Source: an uncultured Nitrososphaerota archaeon (GTDB lineage Archaea; Thermoproteota; EX4484-205; JAAOZP01). Taken from it: a stretch of DNA of 64,000 bases. Under the pieces are notes generated by a model, which ran no database searches, was not told the origin of the DNA, and saw nothing but the letters and a program-made list of their open reading frames with translations. The stretch covers positions 70,318 through 134,317 of the forward strand of contig CAYQCW010000003.1 in NCBI GenBank assembly GCA_964416155.1, read 5' to 3'. The stretch's first letter is position 1. Each line of letters starts with the position of its first letter. Below, piece by piece: positions 18,935 through 29,450 of this stretch. A program made the translations under genes and the position numbers.

Positions 18935-20333
18935 GAACCGCTAGAAGCACTTTCCTAGTCTCCCCGGTTCCAAACACGTTTTCTCTACGTATATTCAACA
19001 CGACTGGAATATTACCAGTAACGTTTCCAAACGCTAGACACTTGCCGATGGGCAGAGTGGGTACAAGGCTGATTAGCGATTCGGCATCTATTTTAGACAT
19101 TTTCGAAATATAGTTTAAATCGTTCTCGTTCACCAAGTTGAATATGAAACAGTTGTCAGCCTGCCTGTAAACGAAGTTCATGAGGCTATCCGGCTCATTA
19201 GTTATGAAAACAACAGATAACCCGATGTGCCTCATCCGCGTTATATAGTCCTCCCATGCTTTTTCATCCAAATATGACTGCGCCTCCTCTGCGAACAGGA
19301 AGAGCGGCTTTATCTCACCGTTATCCAGCATCCTAACCGTCTTATTGAGCACCGTTTCAACTATCAATTGCCTAAAGGATTTCGGCAGACCCTTCAGGTT
19401 TATTACAAGAGCCTTGTTCGACGCCTCTTTAAAAACCCTATCCAGGTCCGTCGCGTCGGAATCTCTGAATAATCCGCTTTCCCTCAACACCGTTATCCTC
19501 CTGAGAAGCGCTTCCTTAACAAGATCATTAATTCTTCCGCAAACTATTTCGTTCAAAAGATTCTTAAGGCTCAGCATATTCCTGTTCTCAAGACTGTCTA
19601 GTATTCGTCTCAGCTCCCAGACTGAGGAGGAAGGTAGCCCCATAATGGTTTCCATGAGATTTATGAAAAGCTCTTTCCCGAGCCCGGGTATGCTGAGAAA
19701 CATGTTTTCACCAGATTTTAAGACTAGAAACCTGTCTCTCATTGCAACCGGCTCATACTCTCCGTTTATGTCGAAGACTACACAGCGCCCTCCGTGCTCC
19801 AGAATTCTCGCTATCAATGTTTTAGAAAGATTAGACTTGCCCGAGCCCTTCTTACCGATTATCAGGGTTAAACCTCCGTCTAAAGCGTTCAGATCCATCT
19901 CCACGTCGTCGCTGATCTTAACCGGTATCGCGTACTTGCTTGTAATCAGCTCGTTCAACTCCTCTGCGCTTGGCTCATAGATTCTTGATTTCAGCCTTGA
20001 GGGAGCCCATTGAAAATCTATAGCTACATCATCCAGCGAGAAGGCTGCACGAACCTTGCATATTAATATTCTGGAATCCATCAGCTCGTCAAGTATCTTC
20101 TTAAGATTTTCATCCTCTTCGAAAACCTGATAGGATTCCTCCCTCTTGCTTATCCGTATTATCTCCTCTATCTCACCGGGAATACTAAGATAGTTGACAT
20201 CCATTATCTGGAGGAGAAGCTTCCTCCGAGTAACGTTGTCCAAGAGTATTAAGTAGCTTCCAACAATCCTATCCCTACCAGGAGTTTCCAGAAGCTCGTA
20301 AGTCACCCTGTTCTTTCGCAGAATCGTTATCAA
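18924..20333 (-). CDS. HerA/FtsK-family ATPase (HerA-like helicase)
   Basis: Walker A GKKGSGKS, VFDINGEY, Walker B FAEEAQ, RMRHIG. Confidence 0.85.
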   Translation of the reverse strand: MITILRKNRVTYELLETPGRDRIVGSYLILLDNVTRRKLLLQIMDVNYLSIPGEIEEIIRISKREESYQVFEEDENLKKILDELMDSRILICKVRAAFSLDDVAIDFQWAPSRLKSRIYEPSAEELNELITSKYAIPVKISDDVEMDLNALDGGLTLIIGKKGSGKSNLSKTLIARILEHGGRCVVFDINGEYEPVAMRDRFLVLKSGENMFLSIPGLGKELFINLMETIMGLPSSSVWELRRILDSLENRNMLSLKNLLNEIVCGRINDLVKEALLRRITVLRESGLFRDSDATDLDRVFKEASNKALVINLKGLPKSFRQLIVETVLNKTVRMLDNGEIKPLFLFAEEAQSYLDEKAWEDYITRMRHIGLSVVFITNEPDSLMNFVYRQADNCFIFNLVNENDLNYISKMSKIDAESLISLVPTLPIGKCLAFGNVTGNIPVVLNIRRENVFGTGETRKVLLAVPRS

Positions 20334-21190
20334 CTCCAGAATCCTCCTAGAAGTATCTTCCTATTGTCTATCTCCCTTAAAACCTCTATTCCAAACTTCT
20401 TCTGCAATATGCATTTCAGTGTCAACACTTCTACAGGAAGAATCTTAGAATATATGTGGGCGATTCTCAATGCTTCAGGATAACCGTAGTCAACACCGTC
20501 AATAAGGATGAGAGAAGCCAGTAAGCTTCTGACCTCCTTCAGCTCTACCTCCGGGTACACTTCAACCTTCAACAAGGGGCTTCCAAGTTTAAGCCTAACC
20601 AAGTATTCCCTTGGACTACTCCCGTTAAGAATCTCACATACGAATGAAGAACTATCAACATCCTCAGGTAAACGTATAAACGGGTCGACGAAGCCCTTGG
20701 AAATCGATATTAAAGTATTGCAAGTGGATGCGAGGAGCCCCGCGAGTCCGAGCGACTTGCTAGCGCTCACCATTTCTTTCAAATCCCCATCGAGCAGCAT
20801 TAACGACCCCCTGACCGAACTAATGCGCTTCAGCTGCTCCTCCAGTTCAAAAGAAACCTGACTGTCGGATATTCCGCCGAAAACTATCATCGGCCTCGTT
20901 CTATTTATCTTAACCATTCCCCGCTCTTTTAAAACGGTTGAACCCCGGATGGCATAAACCTCACCCAGCCTGCTTACACCTATCTTAACAGTTGAAACGT
21001 CTACTGCAATAATGCTTCTAAATTGAGAGGATTCCTCGGGTTCTATGCTTAGAGTTCCGCCTAGTTTAAACCTGTTAGCTCGACATATCTTAAGCCTTAT
21101 CTCCGTTTCCTCTAAAACATGCGTGTCTTGACGCTGCTTTAGATCAGACAGCGGGATTAGGCTTGTCGACGGTTTTTTCATCTTCAACAC
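20330..21190 (-). CDS. NurA-family nuclease
   Basis: IIAVDVS, LMLLDGDL, ISISK, GYPEALRIAHIYSKI. Confidence 0.75.
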   Translation of the reverse strand: MLKMKKPSTSLIPLSDLKQRQDTHVLEETEIRLKICRANRFKLGGTLSIEPEESSQFRSIIAVDVSTVKIGVSRLGEVYAIRGSTVLKERGMVKINRTRPMIVFGGISDSQVSFELEEQLKRISSVRGSLMLLDGDLKEMVSASKSLGLAGLLASTCNTLISISKGFVDPFIRLPEDVDSSSFVCEILNGSSPREYLVRLKLGSPLLKVEVYPEVELKEVRSLLASLILIDGVDYGYPEALRIAHIYSKILPVEVLTLKCILQKKFGIEVLREIDNRKILLGGFWS

Positions 21191-21659
21191 CTCCTGAAAG
21201 TAGCATAATGCTTTTAACCGATATTTCGAACATCCCCCTAGCCTGCCTCAATACAAGCCCCTTCTTAACAAGGTCGACCAGAGTGTTTTGAATAGTCTTC
21301 TTGGAAATGTTTGCAACCATCCTAACCATCTCTTCAACACTTATACTGCTCTTTTCACGCAATCCGAATCTTGAAGCAATGTAGCAGCCTGCAAGCAGGT
21401 AGAGGATTTTGCTCTCAGTAGTCTTCGCCTCTTCCTCAAGCAGGATTATCTCGCCGCTGCTTATCCTGACATGTGGAGATATTGCTGAAAGAAGAGCCTC
21501 AAGATCAGGTGTGTAAACTATCTTGTCGACGATGGTTAACCGGGGATAAACGTTTGAAAGAAACCTGAGCATTTCTCTTATTACCGTGTTCTCGTCGCCT
21601 GTAAACTCCACCTTAATATTCTTGTCAGGTATTTCCAGTCTTATTGAAGCCCTATTCAT
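21144..21659 (-). CDS. Hypothetical protein with C-terminal winged-helix domain
   Basis: ISVEEMVRMVANISKKTIQNTLVDLVKKGLVLRQARGMFEI wHTH pattern. Overlaps nurA. Confidence 0.6.
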   Translation of the reverse strand: MNRASIRLEIPDKNIKVEFTGDENTVIREMLRFLSNVYPRLTIVDKIVYTPDLEALLSAISPHVRISSGEIILLEEEAKTTESKILYLLAGCYIASRFGLREKSSISVEEMVRMVANISKKTIQNTLVDLVKKGLVLRQARGMFEISVKSIMLLSGGVEDEKTVDKPNPAV

Positions 21660-22129
21660 CTTAAAGACACCTCCTCAAGCCTCGTCGTTATCTCGTCGGC
21701 GATTATCTTACCCTTCTCGGTTAGAACATAATTGCCAAGCTCATTCCTAGTTACGATCCCCTCCCTAAGCATCTCGGAGAGCCTAGATGGGTAGCCTACT
21801 GACACGATGCCGCTCTTACTCAGCTGCTCCCCTATCTCGCTCGATTTAAGACCGTTCTCAGCAAACTTCAGGATTAGAATTATTGCTTCTCTGCTAGTTA
21901 AGAACTCTTCCCTGACGGAGAGTATTGGCTTACCATCCTCATCATACTTAACGAAGCCCGGTATAAGGCTCAGCGTAGATTTCAACTCGGCCAGCCTATC
22001 CTCAGTCTTTTCAAGCTCCAAGTAGATCTCTGGAATATACTTAATCATCTCCTTAACATCGTTAACATTGTCTCCAGTTATCTCAACCTCGCTTGAACCC
22101 TTCCTATAGACCACCCTAATCCCCTTCAA
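21656..22129 (-). CDS. Hypothetical winged-helix DNA-binding protein
   Basis: LKSSEIGEQL...SRLSEMLREGIVTRNELGNYVLTEKG wHTH pattern. First gene of the operon. Confidence 0.65.
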   Translation of the reverse strand: MKGIRVVYRKGSSEVEITGDNVNDVKEMIKYIPEIYLELEKTEDRLAELKSTLSLIPGFVKYDEDGKPILSVREEFLTSREAIILILKFAENGLKSSEIGEQLSKSGIVSVGYPSRLSEMLREGIVTRNELGNYVLTEKGKIIADEITTRLEEVSLR

Positions 22130-22137
22130 CGTTTACT

Positions 22138-22159
22138 ACTACGTTGACGTAAACGTAGT
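22138..22159. promoter_or_regulatory. 22-bp near-perfect palindrome (operator candidate) between the TATA-like box and the start of the wHTH-wHTH-nurA-herA operon
   Basis: ACTACGTTGACGTAAACGTAGT has one mismatched pair. TTTAAA lies at about 22161-22166. Confidence 0.5.
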
Positions 22160-22517
22160 TTTTAAACTTTTCTGAAGCCGAATCAAACCATTAAAAATAG
22201 CCAAAACAGGCAGAAATGTCAGTGGACCATATCTAGTATACGTAGAGAAGCGAAGGGCTACAAGCGAATACCGGCTCGATTAGAATTGAATTGGCATTGC
22301 AACAGATCCAAAAGCTCCCAATGTTTTCCCACTCTTGTTCAGAGGCACGTCGCGTTTAAAAGTTGGAAGGCAAGGTGTGCGACCAGCCTTTTAAACACCA
22401 GAGGCAAGAACGAAGCCATGCTTCACTTAGCCCGGCAAAAGCTTTATATACTTGCAACTAAAAACTGCTAATCGGAACAGAACAATAGGCAAAAAAGAAA
22501 TAAATATAAAAAAATAT

Positions 22518-22593
22518 AGCGGGGTGGGCTAGCCAGGTCTATGCCGCAGGGCTCATAACCCTGAGATCGGTCGTTCAAATCGACCCCCCGCTA
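22518..22593 (+). tRNA. Initiator tRNA-Met(CAT), intron-less
   Basis: AGCGGGG/CCCCGCTA acceptor (A1:U72) and CAGGG-CT CAT AA-CCCTG with three consecutive G:C pairs. Confidence 0.95.
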
Positions 22594-22609
22594 CTCAAAC
22601 ATTCTGAGC

Positions 22610-23317
22610 TTAGTTTTCACCTTCAAGGATCCCCGTTCGAGCCACACTATAACTTCATGCTTTTCCACACTTAAGCGCGCGCTATGAGCATCTTCCTCAA
22701 TTCCTCTAAACCCTCCTTGCGGGATGAATGCATACATATGTCGTGTTTACCAGGTGTGAGAGCGACGCTTCCATCACCAGAGAAGAAGCCCCTCAAATAT
22801 GCCCTTTTTCCATCTTCATCAAGGTATTTTGTAGGCGGGTGGAATTCGTAATTTCCAGGCCTTTAATATTGAAGCTCTAAAGGTCATAAGCAATTTTCTT
22901 GCTGTACACCACCTCTTCGTAATGTTGTACCTCTTCTCCTCCAGCCTTATGATGACCTATGTAGAGGTGGAGAGTTACCCCATAGGTTTCCTCGAATAAT
23001 CTATCAAAAACCTCAGCGAGCTCCGGATCATTTTTCAAGATATACTTTGTATATGATGCTTTTCCCCCTCCTTTTCATGGTAGTTGGAGATGCTTCCGTC
23101 TGCAGATATTAGTCCACAGAGTTCAGCTCTTCCAGGGTCAGCCAGCAATATCTATCTCCGGTATAAACCCGTGAAAACCAGTCTTAGCCATAGGTCTCCT
23201 GCTCAAAGATGGAATCTGAAGTGGAACTCGTTCTTCAGTTTTAACCGGACAGTAATGCCTGAGCCTGCAGAAAGAGCGAGGAGAGGTTATCCCAGTATAA
23301 TGGAACCCCTCTGACAT
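22610..23317 (-). pseudogene. Decayed two-motif LAGLIDADG endonuclease-like gene
   Basis: Hand translation gives AELCGLISADGS (about 23092-23127) and RAYLRGFFSGDGSV (about 22764-22806), interrupted by frameshifts and stops. Confidence 0.65.
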
Positions 23318-23472
23318 TGTGCTACGAGACACATTTTGAAGGAGTAGCCGCGACAGAGCCTTGAAGTAAAGTAAAAGCAACCCTTGCAACCGTCAAAACC
23401 CACACCAGCCTTTCCTGGGCAACGCTATTCTTTGAATGCTTTGACGTCCCTATAAGCACCTGGAGTAGAGCA

Positions 23473-24771
23473 TCATTTCCGTTTCCGGCTTCCGATTATT
23501 AGGAGGTCGCTGTTAAACTCGGTCATTCTTATTGTGAAGCAGTTTTCCTCTCTTTCCACTTCCGGCTTGAAGATTCTTCTTGTTTCAAGATCTATTTCTT
23601 CCCATTTACTATATGCCCCATCAGTCTTTAGCTTTATATCCGTGTTAAAGGGTGTGTAAACCAGAATCTTGTCTTCCCCCTCAGAGACTCTTATTTCTGA
23701 AGTCTTGTTTGCAAGCCTCTCGTTAGCAGGCTTTATGTCGAAGAGATCGTATTTTTCAAATACCCATTTGGCGAAAGATACGTCGAACGCTCCTGGGAAT
23801 CTTAGAGCAGTAAGCCAATAGTAGGGAGCACCGTAGATTGAAGCATAGTTTTTCGGATACTTTTTGTTTTCGCCTTCTTTTTGCCACGACCATATGCCAT
23901 GTGCCCCGTATGTTACCCCTGCCTTAGCTCCTGAAAGAAGACTCTGCCACACAGCCTTTCTAACGTCGAAACCGCTGAACCTCCCATACTTGTTGAAGGA
24001 TCCGATTGAACCAATTCCTTCGTAGCAGGGTTCACCGTTCACTATGGGTCTCTTAACCGGCATATTGTAAAACCTTTGAGCAAGCTCGTATGGAAGATGC
24101 TGATTTTCTCTCGTATGTCCTGATTGATACATGTAGAAGTCGTAGCTAGGCGATTTCATGAAGGCCTCAGGAACCTCCCATAATCCGCCCATCAAATGCA
24201 TTGTTGTTAAAGAACCCGGAGACACTTTCTTAACTATCTGAAATGCAGCATCGTAATAATCTATGGACTCGTCGGTTTCAAAATTTGTGTCCCCACTTAT
24301 TATGAAAATAGGATCATGCTTCCCATATCTTTCAGCTACATAACCCACGTACTCCTCCAATCTATCCCTCGGAATGATCTTAGATGGAGTCATTTTTGAA
24401 CCCCATGTCCCCTTGACATAGTTGCACCACAACACTACTAGGGCCGGTGTGAAGCCCAAGTCAATCGCCATCTCAATCATCTTTTCCGCCCTGTCGAAGT
24501 ATTTCTCGTTCCTCCGGCTAAAGTCCCATCTCTCATCGGGAAGCGTTTCAAAGGGGTCGATATAGTTTTCCGACGGGCTTCTATCATGCTGGGGGAGGAT
24601 GTTTATTTGCAGGACGTTAAACCCCTGCATCCTCCTATATTTAAGATAATACTCCCATTCTTCGAAAGTGGGGTTAGTGAAAGCGCTCCAACAGGTATCT
24701 GCAAGATAGAAGAATTTCTCGCCATCTTTTAAGAAATGGTCTCGAGTTTCAGAAATAGTTATTTTACCCAT
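23473..24771 (-). CDS. DUF4038 / apiosidase-like glycoside hydrolase
   Basis: FFYLADTCW, RRMQGFNVLQ, IISGD, YQSGH, NGEPCYEG, GVTYGAHGIW. Confidence 0.8.
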   Translation of the reverse strand: MGKITISETRDHFLKDGEKFFYLADTCWSAFTNPTFEEWEYYLKYRRMQGFNVLQINILPQHDRSPSENYIDPFETLPDERWDFSRRNEKYFDRAEKMIEMAIDLGFTPALVVLWCNYVKGTWGSKMTPSKIIPRDRLEEYVGYVAERYGKHDPIFIISGDTNFETDESIDYYDAAFQIVKKVSPGSLTTMHLMGGLWEVPEAFMKSPSYDFYMYQSGHTRENQHLPYELAQRFYNMPVKRPIVNGEPCYEGIGSIGSFNKYGRFSGFDVRKAVWQSLLSGAKAGVTYGAHGIWSWQKEGENKKYPKNYASIYGAPYYWLTALRFPGAFDVSFAKWVFEKYDLFDIKPANERLANKTSEIRVSEGEDKILVYTPFNTDIKLKTDGAYSKWEEIDLETRRIFKPEVEREENCFTIRMTEFNSDLLIIGSRKRK

Positions 24772-25025
24772 CTTTTAGCACCTTAATACTATTGCTCAAT
24801 AAATTTTAAAGTTTTTAGCGAGCAAAACGTTTCCGGGTTAATGGGTTTAGACATGGTTTAAAAACAGTATAAATGTAGGGTTAAGATCATTGAGCTAACA
24901 GCCGTATAAAGCTTCAATTACTCTCCTTTCGATTTATCGCACGAGATACTAGGCAACCGCCCTTAAACAGCTTTCTTTACACATGTTAATGTCCTGATCT
25001 CGGATTGTTTTTCCTTATTACAGCT

Positions 25026-26055
25026 TTATCCCATTTCCCGTACTTCACCCATAAGATTAGAATTGTTCCACCTACAACATTGCTCAAGGCTTTGCCCTAT
25101 CATTATTGCTGTGGCCCCGCTTAGCCCGAAAAGCGCAGCGTCAACAATGTTCATTACTACGAAGCCTGTTGAAAAGGCGGTTGCAACAACTATGCTCAGC
25201 ATGTTAATAAGCCTCTGCTGCAAGGTGAAGGCTAATCCGTTCAGCAGACCGAACGATAAAATGGGAAACTTATCTGTAGAACTAGCTTGACCCATTCGAC
25301 ATCTATTTCCCGTGTGAATTTCACTTTCAGCTCCGGATAGTTTCTTACAAGAATATAGGTTTGGCCGATGACTGACAGGATTTTCCCCACGACGTCTGTG
25401 AGAGAAGCACCAATGGCTTCCAAGCGTGGAAAGGGGCCTATGCCTAAAACAAGGAAGGGGTCATCACAATGTTTATTGCGACAGCCATTATGTTAATCAT
25501 AGCCAGCCGCCTAGTATCCCCCACGCTTTGAAGCAAAGTGGCGAAAGAAAGTGGCGAAAGTAAAGGCTGTGGAGTTGAAGAACACGTCGAAGGCAGTTAT
25601 GGCTGAAAAAGCCATGACCTCCTCGAAGATTTCAGGTGGAGTAAATATTAGCCATATGAAAATCTGGCTTCTAAGAGTTAGGAGCAGTATGTTTAACAGG
25701 GCTCTGCAGAGGAATGATACTGTGAAGAAGCGTGAAGCCTCGAGGCTCGCGTTTTTATAAGCTCTGGCTCCAATATACTGGGAAACAATGCTTAGGCAAG
25801 CAGCGTTCGTAGCCATTATAGCTGCTTGAAAAAGCATTATTACAGGCATAACTGTCTGGAGACAGATACTGTTAACTCACCATAGGAGCTCGGCCAGTAG
25901 GTGTCAGCAACGTTGTAGGCTACGAACACAAGCTGATTTAGAAGAGGAGGAATTCCAAGCCAGAGAAATGTACGGATTACCGGACCGTTAACAATCCTAT
26001 CTCCATATCTGCTTATATCACGCGGCTCCGGGAGTTCCTCTAGTTCCTCAACCAT
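25026..26055 (-). pseudogene. Fragmented MATE-family efflux transporter
   Basis: Consecutive short frames: IVNGPVIRTFLWLGIPPLLNQLVFVAYNVADT, SIVSQYIGAR, AIGASLTDV, ATAIMIGQSL. Confidence 0.75.
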
Positions 26056-26333
26056 CTTCCTCCACCTAACTTAGTCTTCCCTCTTCAAACATTGAGCGTG
26101 TTTGAAGCGACGCCAAATTTTTTCCGCTCAGCCTTATCATCGCGTTGGAAAACAGAAGTGATTAAATGATCTTTATAATGTTTTCTTGAGGGAACATAAC
26201 ATGCGGGTTTAACCCCAAATAACAACGTGGGGTAAATGCCTGTAAAACTCCTTTTTTCTCATATTCTTCAATCCACTGGCTGAACGGGAGGCTTAGGAAT
26301 CTTTTTATCGCAGTTTTTAAACCATAAGTAAAA

Positions 26334-27059
26334 ATGGGTCAACCTTCAACCTCAAATAACGTGTTCAGTTCGATGAGGGAAAGCTCGCTTCATTCAGCAA
26401 TAAAAAAATGGTATTTTCTTGATGGAGATAAACTGGAAGTCCGTGTGGATGGTTTTATAGTGGATATAGTGCGTGAAGACTTACTGATTGAAATACAGAT
26501 TGCTAATTTTTCAGCAATAAGGCTGAAGCTCCTACACCTACTCAATAATCATAAGGTTCGCTTAGTCTATCCTATACCCAGGGTGAAATGGATTGTTCAT
26601 AAATCAGCAACCACTGGAGAAGCTTATGGTAGAAGAAGGTCTCCGAAGAAGGGTTGCCTGACCGACCTTTTCAACGAATTAGTGAGAATACCGGATCTGC
26701 TCTCGAAAAGTAATTTCAGCATCGAGATTTTGATGATTGAAATGGAAGAAACATGCTGTAACGATGGGAGGGGGAGCTGGAGGAGAAAAGGTGTAAGCAT
26801 AGAGAATAGGAAGCTACTCCGCGTCTTAGAAAGAATAGTTTTCGAACGGAAAACAGATTTATTGAAAATACTGCCTGAAGACCTGCCCCGTCCTTTTACA
26901 AACAGAGATCTTGCCGAAAGACTTGGAGTATCGGTCAATCAGTCACGGAAAATAACCTACGTGCTCAGAAAAATTGGGGTAATAACCTGCGTCGGCAAGA
27001 ATAGGAATCAAATGCTTTTCACATGCATCAGACTAAATGCGAGTTCAAGAAAACTTTAG
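26334..27059 (+). CDS. Conserved hypothetical protein, PD-(D/E)XK-like N-terminus and C-terminal HTH
   Basis: ESSLHSAIKKWY...FIVDIV..LLIEIQ and FTNRDLAERLGVS. Confidence 0.6.
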   Translation: MGQPSTSNNVFSSMRESSLHSAIKKWYFLDGDKLEVRVDGFIVDIVREDLLIEIQIANFSAIRLKLLHLLNNHKVRLVYPIPRVKWIVHKSATTGEAYGRRRSPKKGCLTDLFNELVRIPDLLSKSNFSIEILMIEMEETCCNDGRGSWRRKGVSIENRKLLRVLERIVFERKTDLLKILPEDLPRPFTNRDLAERLGVSVNQSRKITYVLRKIGVITCVGKNRNQMLFTCIRLNASSRKL

Positions 27060-27122
27060 CGCGCTATAGCTTGAAACAGACCTTGTTGAATATGGTTTAA
27101 ATCAGAAGCTTCTTCTTTACGG

Positions 27123-28052
27123 CTATGTGTTTTTCGATTCGTAGACTGCTGCCAGAAGCAATGGTAGGGCTAGTGTGACATCTACATGGACGAGCGCGAT
27201 GGCAGCGTTCTCCCTAATCTTGTTCCAGGTTATTGCTTCCTCGAGTCTCGCTCCCGAAAGGCTTCCGTCGAACTCGTATGCCGTCGTCAGCGACACCGCG
27301 TAGTCTAGCCCTCCTTTAAACTGGTTCCACCAGATAGTGTGGTGCTTACTTATTCCTCCCCCCAGTATTAGTGCGCCAGTTCTTTTCGATGAAAACACTA
27401 TGTCTGAAAGCTCCTTCATGTCTTTCAAAAGGTTCAGAGTGAACTCGTTTGTCTGCGAGAATATGAAGAGTTGCGTGCCGAACGCTGAGTCAACCAGCCC
27501 AGGAGTGTAGACTGGCACTTTCCTCTCGTATGCTGCCCTTAATATTGAGTTCCTGTCTTTCAGCCTTTTCCCAACCTCCTCCGCAAGCTCCCTGCTGCTG
27601 AAAACCTTCTTCTCCCTTGTTATTTCACTAAGCAGAGGTATTATGAAGGATTCGATCGCTACCCCGTAGGAGCCCTGCGGTATCAGGATGTTTCCCAGCC
27701 TGTGGGTTTCCTTCTTCCTCAGATCCCTGTCGTTCATGATGAATTCCCCCCTGTAATACTTTCCCATGCTCTTTGCAATGTCATGGTCGAATGTTCCGCC
27801 GGTGGTTATTATGACGTCGCAAAGCCCTTTCTCAACCATTTCAGCAATGACCCCTCTCAAGCCTGTTGAAACAATGTTTGCAGTAAGGGATAGGAATTTG
27901 ACGCATTCCTTATCTTTAACCATTTCAAGCATAATGTTATGGGCTTTCGCAAGTTGTGCTGCCTCAAACCCCCATCCCTGCCCCATTCTGCTCAGAAGCT
28001 CAGTGAAGGTTTTAACTCCCTCCAGCCTGTAGTCAACTACCTCCCTACTCAT
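27123..28052 (-). CDS. dys: Deoxyhypusine synthase
   Basis: TANIVSTGLR, TTGG, GGGISKHH, DGSLSGARLEEAITW. ATG at 28052 chosen as start. Confidence 0.93.
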   Translation of the reverse strand: MSREVVDYRLEGVKTFTELLSRMGQGWGFEAAQLAKAHNIMLEMVKDKECVKFLSLTANIVSTGLRGVIAEMVEKGLCDVIITTGGTFDHDIAKSMGKYYRGEFIMNDRDLRKKETHRLGNILIPQGSYGVAIESFIIPLLSEITREKKVFSSRELAEEVGKRLKDRNSILRAAYERKVPVYTPGLVDSAFGTQLFIFSQTNEFTLNLLKDMKELSDIVFSSKRTGALILGGGISKHHTIWWNQFKGGLDYAVSLTTAYEFDGSLSGARLEEAITWNKIRENAAIALVHVDVTLALPLLLAAVYESKNT

Positions 28053-28162
28053 GCTGAAAAATGCTTCCAACCCTTGGTTAAAACTGTTTGGCCTCAAGAT
28101 ACGTTTATATCCGTAGGGATCGCCGTAGGAACCTGAATAATTTGACCACTGAATCCTGCGGC

Positions 28163-29443
28163 ATGGAGGAGCAGCGTATTGCAGGCTTAGCTAGCCTCAT
28201 CAGGGGTAAAGCAAGGATCCGCGGCTGGCTCTATGTTAAGAATACTATTGGCAAACTGGTTTTCCTAAGGATCCGCGACTCCACCGGCGTGGTGCAGGTT
28301 GTCGTCAAGAAGGATAAGGTTGGAGAGCAGGTTTTCGACCAGGTTAAGAAGCTTAGGAGAGAATCCTCACTAATGGTTGAAGGGCTGGTCAGAAAGGATG
28401 CGCGCGCCCCTGGGGGTGTTGAGCTTCAGGCTGAAACCGTCAGGGTAATATCCCCCTCTCTTGAAGACCCTCCTTTAAGAAGGAACGTGTCCTCGGAAGC
28501 CGTGTGGAAGTATCGTCATCTTTTCGTACGCAGCAGGACTATGAACACTGTTTTAAAGCTGAGGTCTTCTCTTTTAACATTGTTTAGGCAATGGCTTCTG
28601 GATCATGGTTACTACGAGATAAGCGCGCCCTCGATAGTTACTGCTGCAACGGAGGGTGGTGCGAAAATGTTTGAAGTTAAGTATTTCGATAAGAAGGCTT
28701 TCCTAACTCAGAGCTCACAGTTCTATCTTGAGGGAGTGATCTTCTCTCTTGAAAAAGTCTTCTGCTTCCAGCCGAGCTTCAGAGCTGAGGAGTCGAAGAC
28801 AAGGAGGCATCTCTCAGAATACTGGCATCTCGAGGTTGAAGCATGTCACATGGATTTCAACCAGTTGCTCCAGTTTGAAGAGAACATGCTTACGGAGGTT
28901 GTTGGAAGATTCTACGAGAAGCATAGGGAAGATGTTGAAAGGTTCAACCCTAGCTTCAAGCCTTTCGAAAAACCCTTCAGGAAAATAACCTACACGCAGG
29001 CTGTTGAATTCTTGAAGAACAACGGTGCAGAAATAGAGTGGGGCAGGGATCTTGGCGTAAGGGAGGAGAAGATTATCGCCACCAGGGTTGGTCAACCGGT
29101 TTTCGTGACTCATTATCCTAAAGAGACTAGAGCTTTCTACCATATGCCTGACCCTAGAGACCCTAAGGTTGTGCTTGCAGCAGACCTGTTGGTCTGGCCC
29201 TACGGTGAGATAACCGGAGGCGGGCAGAGGATCGACGAGTATAATGTTCTAATGAATAGAATAGTTGAGTCAGGGTATAATCCTGAAGATTATGCTTGGT
29301 ATCTCGACCTCAGGAAATACGGCTCGGTTCCGCATTCAGGCTTCGGCCTAGGGTTTGAAAGGCTACTAGCCCATATTCTGCGGCTGCCTAGCATAAAGTA
29401 CGCGGTTCCCTACCCCCGGACGCAGACAATCGTTTACCCCTGA
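28163..29443 (+). CDS. asnS: Asparagine--tRNA ligase
   Basis: OB fold FLRIRDSTG, LTQSSQFYLE, FRAEESKTRRHLSEYWHLE, GEITGGGQR, WYLDLRKYGSVPHSGFGLGFER. Confidence 0.85.
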   Translation: MEEQRIAGLASLIRGKARIRGWLYVKNTIGKLVFLRIRDSTGVVQVVVKKDKVGEQVFDQVKKLRRESSLMVEGLVRKDARAPGGVELQAETVRVISPSLEDPPLRRNVSSEAVWKYRHLFVRSRTMNTVLKLRSSLLTLFRQWLLDHGYYEISAPSIVTAATEGGAKMFEVKYFDKKAFLTQSSQFYLEGVIFSLEKVFCFQPSFRAEESKTRRHLSEYWHLEVEACHMDFNQLLQFEENMLTEVVGRFYEKHREDVERFNPSFKPFEKPFRKITYTQAVEFLKNNGAEIEWGRDLGVREEKIIATRVGQPVFVTHYPKETRAFYHMPDPRDPKVVLAADLLVWPYGEITGGGQRIDEYNVLMNRIVESGYNPEDYAWYLDLRKYGSVPHSGFGLGFERLLAHILRLPSIKYAVPYPRTQTIVYP

Positions 29444-29450
29444 GGCGGAA

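Noticed and set aside
25026-26055. Whether frameshifts in the MATE, radical-SAM (8587-8966) and GH36 (60760-61090) remnants are also introns
   Set aside because: They show multiple stops, small indels and large deletions with no visible BHB hairpins, consistent with ordinary decay.
26199-26212. 14-mer ACATGCGGGTTTAA repeated in inverted form at 45748-45761
   Set aside because: Several 14-mer repeats are expected by chance in 64 kb, and there is no transposase or target duplication.
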